In this document: in pieces, positions 39,468 through 48,286 of the stretch
How positions within the stretch are numbered: the stretch's first letter is position 1
Layout of the letters: every line of letters begins with the position of its first letter
Virus record (IMG/VR): IMGVR_UViG_3300028583_001329
Strand: one strand, 5' to 3'
DNA length: 64,000 bases
Source of the DNA: a virus
Position numbers and translations under genes: made by a program
Notes under the pieces: generated by a model
What the model was told of the DNA's origin: nothing
The model's input: the letters and a program-made list of their open reading frames with translations, nothing else
Databases searched by the model: none

Positions 39468-39803
39468 TTAAACTCTATTAGCTAAATGCATAGACTTTAA
39501 ACGTTCTATTTCTTCTATAGCAGGCATGATAACCGTGTTCTTGTCTTTATAGTCACTAGGGTGCTCATAGCCGTTTACACGCAGCATGATCCAATGGTAC
39601 TTAGTGGCTACATCTAACTCTAACATAAGACCATAGAAGTCGGACTCCTGTCTATATACACGGTGTTCGTCAATCACAGCAGTTTGGGTCTTTTCATGAT
39701 TACGTAGATGCTTTAAATGCGTTTCAATCATGATGCGAAAATCAGGGTCGTAGTAAACATCAGCGCCATTAGTTCGCTGTAGTTCATGAATTTTTAACGT
39801 CAT
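39468..39803 (-). CDS. conserved small protein, possible LysM-like tail/baseplate component
   Basis: ATG 39803 with AGGAG SD. DFYGLMLEL...HWIMLRVNG..HPSDY...VIMP resembles LysM/T4 gp53-type folds. Confidence 0.45.
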   Translation of the reverse strand: MTLKIHELQRTNGADVYYDPDFRIMIETHLKHLRNHEKTQTAVIDEHRVYRQESDFYGLMLELDVATKYHWIMLRVNGYEHPSDYKDKNTVIMPAIEEIERLKSMHLANRV

Positions 39804-39815
39804 CGAGCTTCTCCT

Positions 39816-39838
39816 AAACAACTTAACACCTACATTAT
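39816..39838 (+). promoter_or_regulatory. putative early promoter; 23-nt exact repeat with 34993-35015
   Basis: AAACAACTTAACACCTACATTAT upstream of nvRNAP beta. Confidence 0.65.
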
Positions 39839-39884
39839 CTTAGAGCAACAAATAACATAAGCCCTTTACATAGGATAATTAACC

Positions 39885-41945
39885 ATGTCCAATAATAATA
39901 CATCCGAATTACATCCGGAGTTAATGGGTCTAGGTAATAACTTAGATTCATTTGGTAAACATAACTCAGCCTCTCGTAGAAAGATGTTCTCATCTCACTT
40001 GAGTCAGGCATTGGTTATTGAGGGTTCGACCCCTAAGCGCATTCAGACAGGTGCTGAGCGCGAGCTTGGTAAATACACTAAAGCTATAAAGATGCCGGTT
40101 GATGCATCTATAATTAAAGTCATTCAGCGTTATCCTCGCCGACCAGGTGCTGATTCTATCAAAGAGAACCCAGCCACGGCTATTATTTACGAAGATGTCA
40201 ATACACAGGAAGTTGATATCTTGATGGTTGAGAACTATTGTTCCGATCATAACACGTTTGGGTTTCAGTATTACTCCACACCAGCAATGGAGAAAATCTA
40301 TCCAGGAATGCAGGTTCCTAAGGGTACAGTACTTGCTAAATCCAAGTCGCTTAAGGATGACGGTAACTATGCTTATGGCTTAGAAGCAAACGTTGCCTAT
40401 ATGTCTTTACCGGCTACCATTGAGGATGGTTTTATTATCAGTGAGTCTATGGCGGAAAGACTTACTACTACCATGACCGGTTCTCGCGTAGCTAGCTGGG
40501 GTAAGGAGTATTACCCGCTTAACTTATACGGTGATGAAAACAACTACAAGCCATTCCCAGACATTGGTGATAAAATACGTGAAGATGGGCTATTGTTCGC
40601 TCTGCGTAAATACGATCCAGCACTTGGGATGGTAGAGATGACACCTAGGGCGTTGATGACACCAGACTACACGTATGATAAACTAACGTATGTTTCACCT
40701 GCAGCGGGTGCGACGGTCTATGACGTCGTGGTCGATATGGATCACAACCTACCCTATAGCATCACGCCTGTAGGGATGAATGCACAGCCTGATAAGTACA
40801 TGCGTCTGCGTGATCAGTTCTACGAATCTATTTACAATGAATATCGTCGTCTTGCCAAACATCGTGGTAAGGGTCTTCAATTGTCAGGTAGATTTACTAA
40901 CTGGGTAACACAGGCCATTGCTAATAAGCCTAATGCTTCACCCCATAAGGTCACACGTAAGTATCGCTACACCCCACTTGACGATCGTCGCGTAGAAATT
41001 AAATATGCGAAGAAAGTAAAAGCTACTAAAGGGTTTAAGCTTACTGATAGTTCAGGAAGTAAGGGCGTTGTAGTAGAAGTGTGGTCAGATAGTCAAATGC
41101 CTGTGGGTCAAAATGGTCTACGTGCAGATGTTATCATGGATCCTATCTCGCCGGTTAAGCGTATTAACTTGTCTCAGCTATACGAGCAGTATGTTAATGC
41201 AACTAGCCATATGGTGACATGTGTAGTTAGAGATCTAATGGCTAATGGTGAGCATCAGCAGGCATGGGAGTATTTGAAAGAGTACTACAGTGTGGTATCA
41301 CCGCCAATGATTCAAACTATCAACGAGGTGTTAAACAACGATCGCCGGATAGCTACGCATTTAGACATCATTGCTACTGAGGGTATTTATCTCTACCTTC
41401 CTGTAGATAGCATACACATTGGACCTAAATTAATCCAAGACCTCCGCACTAAGTTTCCAGTGGATATACAGCCGGTTACTTATTCGCCTGATGGTGTTAA
41501 CCAGGTCACTACAATTGATCCTGTATTAATAGGGTCTAAGTACATGATGTTATTAGAAGCAGCGCCAGATAACTGGTCATCTGTATCTACCGCTAAACTA
41601 CAGCATCATGGTTTACCTGCTAAAGCATCTAAGAGCGATCGCTATGGTTCACCTAACCGTGAACTACCTGTGCGTATCATGGGTGAGGATGAAGTTAGAC
41701 TACTTAATGCTGCTCTAGGGTCTGACGTAACGGCTGATCTATTAGATCGCTCTGCATCCCCAACCACACAGAAAGCTATTATTCGTTCAATATTAAACTC
41801 CGATAAACCAAGCAATGTTGAAAGTAACGTTAATCGTCGCAAATTCCCAATGGATAACGCGCGACCATTGGTATACGTTAAACACTTATTAAGTTGCGCG
41901 GGTGTTAAATTTGTAAGAGGGACGTACGATCATGAGAAAGTTTAA
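39885..41945 (+). CDS. rpoB: non-virion RNAP beta subunit, C-terminal part (phiKZ gp71-73-like)
   Basis: HNSASRRKMFSSHLSQ, G.EANVAYM, GFKLTDSSGSKGVV, ADVIMDP.S..KRIN, and RIMGEDEVR. Intact, no intron. Confidence 0.9.
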   Translation: MSNNNTSELHPELMGLGNNLDSFGKHNSASRRKMFSSHLSQALVIEGSTPKRIQTGAERELGKYTKAIKMPVDASIIKVIQRYPRRPGADSIKENPATAIIYEDVNTQEVDILMVENYCSDHNTFGFQYYSTPAMEKIYPGMQVPKGTVLAKSKSLKDDGNYAYGLEANVAYMSLPATIEDGFIISESMAERLTTTMTGSRVASWGKEYYPLNLYGDENNYKPFPDIGDKIREDGLLFALRKYDPALGMVEMTPRALMTPDYTYDKLTYVSPAAGATVYDVVVDMDHNLPYSITPVGMNAQPDKYMRLRDQFYESIYNEYRRLAKHRGKGLQLSGRFTNWVTQAIANKPNASPHKVTRKYRYTPLDDRRVEIKYAKKVKATKGFKLTDSSGSKGVVVEVWSDSQMPVGQNGLRADVIMDPISPVKRINLSQLYEQYVNATSHMVTCVVRDLMANGEHQQAWEYLKEYYSVVSPPMIQTINEVLNNDRRIATHLDIIATEGIYLYLPVDSIHIGPKLIQDLRTKFPVDIQPVTYSPDGVNQVTTIDPVLIGSKYMMLLEAAPDNWSSVSTAKLQHHGLPAKASKSDRYGSPNRELPVRIMGEDEVRLLNAALGSDVTADLLDRSASPTTQKAIIRSILNSDKPSNVESNVNRRKFPMDNARPLVYVKHLLSCAGVKFVRGTYDHEKV

Positions 41946-43908
41946 TGTAAGAGAATTACAAAAGCTTAGCTCTGAAGAAATGTGGGCGATGGACGACGAA
42001 GTATTTACTATTATCTTTGACGATGGTGAATTAGTTACCTCTACCCGTCCTACCATTCTAAGTCATTACTACTGGGAGATGCAACGTCATTTCCCAAATG
42101 CAACTATACTCAAGCGTCATCATATCGGCAACGGCCATTACACCCCTAAGCTCCATGAGGAAATCTTAAGTAATGTGTTGTTCGATACGTATTATGCGTT
42201 GAATGAAGTAGTTGACATCATGCTACTCAGTCGTATTGCTTATGAGATTACTAATAAGCTCTACAACGATGCGACTAATCAATTAGCTGGGTTTGTATCA
42301 ACGGTAAGTATTTTAGATTACATTGAGATACACAACCACCCAATAACCGCAAAGGTTAGGGATGAATTTAGACCCAACGAACGGGCTATTGAGCGTGGCT
42401 ATGAGCAGATTAAAGATCTACTGTATAAGAAAGAAGAAGAACTACCTAACAACAACGTTGCTGGGTTCTGTCATTCTAACGTCTTAAGTGTAGGTCAGAT
42501 TGTTCAGTCGGTCGCTGCACGTGGGTTTGTAACAGATATTGATAGTCATATCCCACCTAACCCAATTCCAACTAGCTACACAGAAGGGATGAATACGCTA
42601 CATGATTCGATGATTGAATCACGTTCAGGCTCCAAAGCATCGTTAGCACAGAAAGATCCACTGCAGACCACGCAGTATTATAACCGCCGTATGCAGTTGG
42701 GTTGTGCGATAATACAAAATCTTCATAAAGGGGATTGTGGAACAACGCGTACCGTGAAGTTCCGTGTATTGCCGCAAAGTGTCAAGGTGTTGGTAGGTAA
42801 GTATTACTACGACAGTGACAACGAGCTAAAAGTATTCATGGGTAATGAAGATCATCTGATCGGCGAGACGATTAAACTGCGTTCACCGCTGGCGTGTGAG
42901 CATCCAGACCCTTACGGTATATGTAGTAAGTGTATGGGTACGGTGGCGGCATCTGTTCCACCAGGTGCTAATCTAGGTCACGTAGCGGCGGTAGAACTAT
43001 GTGCGGTTATCTCGCAAAGCGTACTCTCTATTAAACACTTAGAGGTAAGCTCCGTTGCCATTGAGATTAGTCTAGATGATCACCATCGTCGTTATCTGCG
43101 CCTCAATGCTAAAGGTGATAAGGTATTCATTAGAGATCAAGACCGTTACGACCGTATGGAGCTGGTGCTTAACCACAACGATGTTAAACATATTGGCGAT
43201 ATCAACACAATTGAAGATATTACTGATTTATCATCGAGCCGTATTTCATCGTGTCGTGATATTGTACTTAATGGGTATCGTGGAGATGAGTTTGAAGATG
43301 TGTTATTGTCTGTGTCATCAGGTAAGAACTATTCTTCATTATCAGGTGCAATGTTAAACTACCTAAAAGAACATGGTTGGTCTCTAAACGAGAAAGGGTT
43401 CTACGTATGTGACCTCAGCCATTGGGACTTCAATGAGCCTGCATTTATTCTTCCAATGAAACACATGAACATGTTGGAGTACATGGACGTTATTAAGACG
43501 TTCATTGAGTCATCAAGTTCTCAGGAAGATAAGAGTGCAAGCATGTCTAGCCGTACAACGAAGAAGCCTAAAGACGATAAGCGTAGCCGTATCGTTAATT
43601 GTGATTCAGTGTCACAGGCTTTGATGGACTTGCATGTGTTGGTGTCTGAGAAGTTGGGTGTTAACGTGGTGCATCTGGAAATTATCATCCTGTCAATTTT
43701 AGCACGCGACCCTGATCGTATGGATCACCGTCTGCCGCGTCCTCAAGATCAAAAGGTCTTTGGAACGTATAAGCAGAATATGGAACTTAGATCGTTAACA
43801 GGCCAGGCTGCATGGATGAACCAGGCGCAGATGATGATATCACCAACGTCGTTTGCTCTGACTAATCGACCTAAGCATCCAATGGATACGGTGTTCATGG
43901 GTAAATAA
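41932..43908 (+). CDS. rpoC: non-virion RNAP beta' C-terminal subunit (phiKZ gp74-like)
   Basis: QSVAARGFVTDI, ESRSGSKAS, DCGT, Zn site LRSPLAC..ICSKC.G, and SQSVLSIKH. Confidence 0.88.
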   Translation: MRKFNVRELQKLSSEEMWAMDDEVFTIIFDDGELVTSTRPTILSHYYWEMQRHFPNATILKRHHIGNGHYTPKLHEEILSNVLFDTYYALNEVVDIMLLSRIAYEITNKLYNDATNQLAGFVSTVSILDYIEIHNHPITAKVRDEFRPNERAIERGYEQIKDLLYKKEEELPNNNVAGFCHSNVLSVGQIVQSVAARGFVTDIDSHIPPNPIPTSYTEGMNTLHDSMIESRSGSKASLAQKDPLQTTQYYNRRMQLGCAIIQNLHKGDCGTTRTVKFRVLPQSVKVLVGKYYYDSDNELKVFMGNEDHLIGETIKLRSPLACEHPDPYGICSKCMGTVAASVPPGANLGHVAAVELCAVISQSVLSIKHLEVSSVAIEISLDDHHRRYLRLNAKGDKVFIRDQDRYDRMELVLNHNDVKHIGDINTIEDITDLSSSRISSCRDIVLNGYRGDEFEDVLLSVSSGKNYSSLSGAMLNYLKEHGWSLNEKGFYVCDLSHWDFNEPAFILPMKHMNMLEYMDVIKTFIESSSSQEDKSASMSSRTTKKPKDDKRSRIVNCDSVSQALMDLHVLVSEKLGVNVVHLEIIILSILARDPDRMDHRLPRPQDQKVFGTYKQNMELRSLTGQAAWMNQAQMMISPTSFALTNRPKHPMDTVFMGK

Positions 43909-43927
43909 AACAATAAAGGAGGGCATC

Positions 43928-46489
43928 GTGCCAACTCAGTATTACGCACATGTGGATGTAAAAAGTCACCATGTACGGTTCCACACCATGATGCCAGAGT
44001 GTAAACGCGCCCTCTATGATTATTGCGAGCGGTTAATCGATTATGACCAAGGGTACGATCCTCGTACCCACAGTTACTATAAGATACCTAAGCGTGTCTT
44101 TGCCGCATCACCGCATGATCGTAGAGAGTTGCGTTTCCATATTAACCAGTATAAAGATATACTTACACACCTTAACGTAAAGGGAATCAAAACCGAACAA
44201 TTATTAATTGAGCATTTTACTCCGGTAGAAGGTGATGATGTTACTAGTTTTGTAATAGATGACGACATTCAACCTTACGAGTACCAATTGCCAGTTATTG
44301 ACCATTTCCTTACACCGGGTGTAAGTAAGATAACCAATGCGCCAACGGGTAGTGGTAAGATGCAACCATTAGACAGTCTAATTAAGATACCTGGTGGTTG
44401 GAAACGAATGGGAGATATACAGGTAGGAGATAAGATCACAGCACCTGACGGACACGACACTTTTGTAAATGGCGTATTCCCTCAAGGGAAAATGCAGATT
44501 TATAAGGTTACGTTTGCAGATGGTCGGTCAACTGAAGTTGGAGGTGAGCATCTTTGGAAGATGTTTATTGCTAACTACCATGATGTCGATAAGCGGTGGC
44601 GTATAGGTGATACCTTTGAAATGATGCGTGAACTTAAACGCTCACAACCTAGAGTGTATATACCGTTAATTCAACCTGAACAGGGTAGATACAAAGAACT
44701 ACCCATTCATCCATGGACACTCGGCGCTATGTTGGGCGATGGTTGTTTTACTACTACTGTCCCTACGTTCACGACGACCTATGTGGATGTCTTCCATAAG
44801 CTGTCGACTTTATTACCAGAACACGTTACATTAAGTTGTGGTGCAAATGGGCGAACTATTGGCTTTGGAAACAGCCATGTGTTTAGAGATTACTTTAAAC
44901 ACTTAGGATTATGGGGTTGTCGTTCTGCTGATAAATTCATACCTAAGATGTATTTAGAAGCTTCTGTAGAGCAGCGTTACGCGTTACTTCAAGGTCTGAT
45001 GGATACAGATGGGGGTATTGATGTCAATTCATCCATGGACTACTCAAGCGTATCTGAACAACTAGCCAAAGACGTTCAATACTTAGTCAGAAGTCTAGGA
45101 GGTATTGCAAAAATATCTAAACGTCAAACCTACTACACCTACAAGGGAGAAAAGAAACCTGGACAGCCTAGCTTCAGGGTTAACATTCGCCATCCTAAAC
45201 CATCTTCACTCTTTACTGTACCACATAAGCTCGAAAGGGCTAATGATGATAATCAGTATTCTAAAGGATTGAAGTTAAAGGTTGTAAGTGTAGAACCATC
45301 CCGAATGGCTGAAGCACAGTGTATATCGGTTACACACAAAGATCATCTTTATGTGACTGATGATTTTGTGGTTACACACAACACCATGATGTCTTTATAT
45401 TCCACATGGATGATAAAGAAAAGAACCATCTTGGTTGTGCCTGCTAAGTACATCACCGAAGGTAAATGGATTGGTGATATCACTAAGACATTAAATGTAC
45501 CTAGGGAAAAGCTGTGTGTGGTGAAAGGATCTAAAGCCATGCGGACGCTTATCGATTTAGGATTAGCAGATGCCTTGGAATATGATTTTATCATTATATC
45601 AGCGACTACCATGTACAACTTCTACAAGGCGTATGAGGAAGGAAAGCTGGAGGAAGAAGGGTATAACTGCGACCCCGATGAATTGTACACGGTTACTAAA
45701 ACAGGACTACGCGTAATAGATGAAGTACATGAGAACTTCCATCTCAACTTTACGCAGGATCTGTACGGTCATGTGGCTAAGACGATTTACATGTCGGCGA
45801 CGTTAGTTTCTGATAATGCTTTCATTAATTCAATGTTAGAAGTTGCCTATCCTGTTGGCGAACGTATAACACCGGATTATGATGGCAAATATATCGCCTG
45901 TACAGCCCTCACATACCGTTGTAACAAGGTAGAGCTACTATCGCATAAGCGACGTAAGATGTACTCTCAGATGCTCTTTGAGGCGTCTATATTGAAGAAG
46001 AAGTTTCGTAGTGAAGCTTACGCTGAAATGATCTATGATATCGTGCTTAATGAATACATCAGTATCCGTGAGCCGGGGCAAAAGATGATGATCTTTGCTG
46101 ATACCATAGAGATGTGTACCTATCTAACATCGTTTATAAAGCCACGTTTGACTGACTTAACTGTCAATAGGTTTGTGGGTGAGGATCCAGATGAGTATCT
46201 TTATGAATCTGATGTAATCATTACTACACCTAAGTCTGCAGGCACTGCGGTAGATATCAAAGGGCTTAAAGTTACCTTACTGACATCTGCAATTGGCTCA
46301 CGTCAATTAAACGCGCAGATACTGGGTCGTTTGAGAAAGCTAAGAGGCTTTAAAGATAACGTACCACGTTTCTTTTACTTAGTTTGCGAAGATATAGATT
46401 CTCATGTTAAGTACCATGAAAGAAAACTTGCTACTTTCTCAGATAAAGTTAAAACTCACCGTACGCTGCAAACTGCGTATGTGCTATAA
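43928..46489 (+). CDS. SF2 (UvsW-like) helicase precursor containing an intein (phiKZ gp75-like)
   Basis: Walker A APTGSGK/T is split by the intein. Also IDEVHE, MSAT, TAVDIKGL, and QILGRLR. Confidence 0.88.
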   Translation: MPTQYYAHVDVKSHHVRFHTMMPECKRALYDYCERLIDYDQGYDPRTHSYYKIPKRVFAASPHDRRELRFHINQYKDILTHLNVKGIKTEQLLIEHFTPVEGDDVTSFVIDDDIQPYEYQLPVIDHFLTPGVSKITNAPTGSGKMQPLDSLIKIPGGWKRMGDIQVGDKITAPDGHDTFVNGVFPQGKMQIYKVTFADGRSTEVGGEHLWKMFIANYHDVDKRWRIGDTFEMMRELKRSQPRVYIPLIQPEQGRYKELPIHPWTLGAMLGDGCFTTTVPTFTTTYVDVFHKLSTLLPEHVTLSCGANGRTIGFGNSHVFRDYFKHLGLWGCRSADKFIPKMYLEASVEQRYALLQGLMDTDGGIDVNSSMDYSSVSEQLAKDVQYLVRSLGGIAKISKRQTYYTYKGEKKPGQPSFRVNIRHPKPSSLFTVPHKLERANDDNQYSKGLKLKVVSVEPSRMAEAQCISVTHKDHLYVTDDFVVTHNTMMSLYSTWMIKKRTILVVPAKYITEGKWIGDITKTLNVPREKLCVVKGSKAMRTLIDLGLADALEYDFIIISATTMYNFYKAYEEGKLEEEGYNCDPDELYTVTKTGLRVIDEVHENFHLNFTQDLYGHVAKTIYMSATLVSDNAFINSMLEVAYPVGERITPDYDGKYIACTALTYRCNKVELLSHKRRKMYSQMLFEASILKKKFRSEAYAEMIYDIVLNEYISIREPGQKMMIFADTIEMCTYLTSFIKPRLTDLTVNRFVGEDPDEYLYESDVIITTPKSAGTAVDIKGLKVTLLTSAIGSRQLNAQILGRLRKLRGFKDNVPRFFYLVCEDIDSHVKYHERKLATFSDKVKTHRTLQTAYVL
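44360..45382 (+). mobile_element. 341-aa class-3 intein with LAGLIDADG homing endonuclease
   Basis: Starts MQPLDSLIKIPGGW, has block B EHLW, LAGLIDADG boxes LGAMLGDG and LLQGLMDTDG, block F AQCISV, and ends VVTHN followed by Thr+1. Confidence 0.9.
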
Positions 46490-46498
46490 GGAGAGATC

Positions 46499-46603
46499 AT
46501 GCCAACAACAGGTAGTAGTAATCGTCCCTATAAGACAACCTCAAAACAATTAAGTCCCAAGGTGCTAGCCATGCTTAACCGTAGACTTAGAAAGTTAAAG
46601 TAG
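46499..46603 (+). CDS. 34-aa basic small ORF missing from the ORF track
   Basis: AAGGAG SD overlaps the helicase stop. Reads MPTTGSSNRPYKTTSKQLSPKVLAMLNRRLRKLK, then a hairpin at 46611-46640. Confidence 0.5.
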   Translation: MPTTGSSNRPYKTTSKQLSPKVLAMLNRRLRKLK

Positions 46604-46610
46604 ACGTATC

Positions 46611-46642
46611 TAGGCTCGCCTCCTTTTGGGGGTGAGCCTATG
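46611..46642 (+). terminator. hairpin ending in TATG
   Basis: TAGGCTCGCCTCC-TTTT-GGGGGTGAGCCTA-TG. Confidence 0.55.
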
Positions 46643-46660
46643 ACCTATAAGGAGTTTTTT

Positions 46661-47485
46661 ATGTTGTATCATCTTGTTAATGGTGAGCAGGTTTCAGATC
46701 CTGAACCGTTCCCAGGTGAAGACATCTGTGTAATGATGATAGACAGTGACGTTTGCAAAATAGAAACCGTACCCTTTAATTCATTATTTACCATTGATAA
46801 CTATAACGGCCTCTATACGGTTATAAAAGTAAATGAGGTAGCCGCTATCTCCCAGGTAGAAGGTATTGCTATACCTGATAAAATTTACGATGTGATGCAG
46901 TTAGATGATCTAGTTACTGTACTTTACATGTCGGGTAATGAAGTAAGGTATAGAAAACTAATTATAAGTGACTCTTATTCCGAATGTATGTTGCTTAAAG
47001 ACGGGTTGGTGGCGCTAAACAACCAACCGTTTCCTACTTTAGAAACAGTAGATAGCGTTAGAGTATATAAGCGATTAAATCATGATGGCTTTACGTCACA
47101 AAGCTTTAAGTTATCTACTAAAGAACGAATCAGCGATAACCACCCATTGCGTCCACGTGGGATAAATTCAATCACGACCTATCAGGATGGTTATATAGTA
47201 GATGTTGAGTTTACTAATGGAATCAAGGCTTATAGAAGAGAATTGATTGTTTACCCTAACCATAAAACTAATAAAGTACATGCAAGTATGGAGGAGATGG
47301 TGTCGTGGCAGTCTGACTACATATATAAATCTAATTTAGCTTCTGTTAAGGCGCACGGTATGGCGGTGTTATTCACCTATGCAGATATAGATGCGAAAGG
47401 AAATATTAATACTAATTCATTTAGACTAGAATATGTCATAGAAGGTCAGGTATTTGTAAAAGAGTTTAATACAACAACGTCTTGA
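46661..47485 (+). CDS. hypothetical beta-rich protein
   Basis: ATG 46661 with AAGGAG SD. Confidence 0.55.
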   Translation: MLYHLVNGEQVSDPEPFPGEDICVMMIDSDVCKIETVPFNSLFTIDNYNGLYTVIKVNEVAAISQVEGIAIPDKIYDVMQLDDLVTVLYMSGNEVRYRKLIISDSYSECMLLKDGLVALNNQPFPTLETVDSVRVYKRLNHDGFTSQSFKLSTKERISDNHPLRPRGINSITTYQDGYIVDVEFTNGIKAYRRELIVYPNHKTNKVHASMEEMVSWQSDYIYKSNLASVKAHGMAVLFTYADIDAKGNINTNSFRLEYVIEGQVFVKEFNTTTS

Positions 47486-47533
47486 CGGCATAGAGGAAGA
47501 GCTAGCGCTACGCTAGCTCTTCCTCGTTATGCG
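47486..47533. terminator. bidirectional 15-bp hairpin with GGCATAG...TTATGC
   Basis: GAGGAAGAGCTAGCG-CTA-CGCTAGCTCTTCCTC between convergent genes. Confidence 0.8.
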
Positions 47534-47543
47534 CTTTCTTTTT

Positions 47544-47954
47544 TTATTTAAATATCTTACCTAACAGCATCTTAATGGCAACCATCAGGATGTTGTTAAT
47601 TAAATAGCCACTGAAGTGATGAGACATCTCGTCTTTCTTCAGCCATTTCAAATAAATATTGTCAATGGCCTCGCCATCGTATTCTAACACTAAATGACCA
47701 ATGTAATCTTTCTCGGTCAAACATCGCCAGAACTTAGCCTTAAACAACAATATACCTGTCCAGAACTTCCAATAGCTCTCCCCACAGACGTACCACCATA
47801 CAGTAACTGCAAAATCATCACAGTCACCACGATAGTGTCCGGATTCATCCATCTCTAATATACGCCAACTGTCAACCTTAGAGTCGTATTTGTATTTAAA
47901 ACGATTAATAAGGTTTTGAATTTTACGTTGCGCTTCTTCACTAATACGCGGCAT
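47544..47954 (-). CDS. transglutaminase-like cysteine protease (BTLCP/C93-like)
   Basis: DSW...GDCDDFA...GHLVLEY...IDN gives a Cys-His-Asp triad pattern. Confidence 0.7.
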   Translation of the reverse strand: MPRISEEAQRKIQNLINRFKYKYDSKVDSWRILEMDESGHYRGDCDDFAVTVWWYVCGESYWKFWTGILLFKAKFWRCLTEKDYIGHLVLEYDGEAIDNIYLKWLKKDEMSHHFSGYLINNILMVAIKMLLGKIFK

Positions 47955-47967
47955 GTGTGTTTCCTCG

Positions 47968-48273
47968 TTATAATAATTCTAATGTTAATTCAACATAGAT
48001 ACCCGGTCTATGACTAGGTATCTGACGTATCCATTTTAATTCAGGTGTTCTTAACATCGTTCCCAAAGTAATAGGGTCTTCTGTTAACAACTCTTTAATT
48101 AAGGTGCTTATATAGAACTGATCACGTATAACAATCCAACGTTTAACGTGTAGCTCTATCATAGAACTTAGTTTACCTATAGGGTCGGTTACTAGTTCAT
48201 CTTTTTCAAAAAACTGACGGTGGGTGCGTACTTCTTTAGCACCCTTTAACTCATAATCGAGTTTAATTTTCAT
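47968..48273 (-). CDS. hypothetical protein
   Basis: 101-aa ORF in the minus-strand operon. Confidence 0.5.
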   Translation of the reverse strand: MKIKLDYELKGAKEVRTHRQFFEKDELVTDPIGKLSSMIELHVKRWIVIRDQFYISTLIKELLTEDPITLGTMLRTPELKWIRQIPSHRPGIYVELTLELL

Positions 48274-48286
48274 TTATCTATTCCAA

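Noticed and set aside
22272-43908. Possible group I introns in the RNAP genes, as in phiKZ relatives
   Set aside because: The beta'N, beta and beta'C ORFs are continuous and full-length with all motifs in frame.
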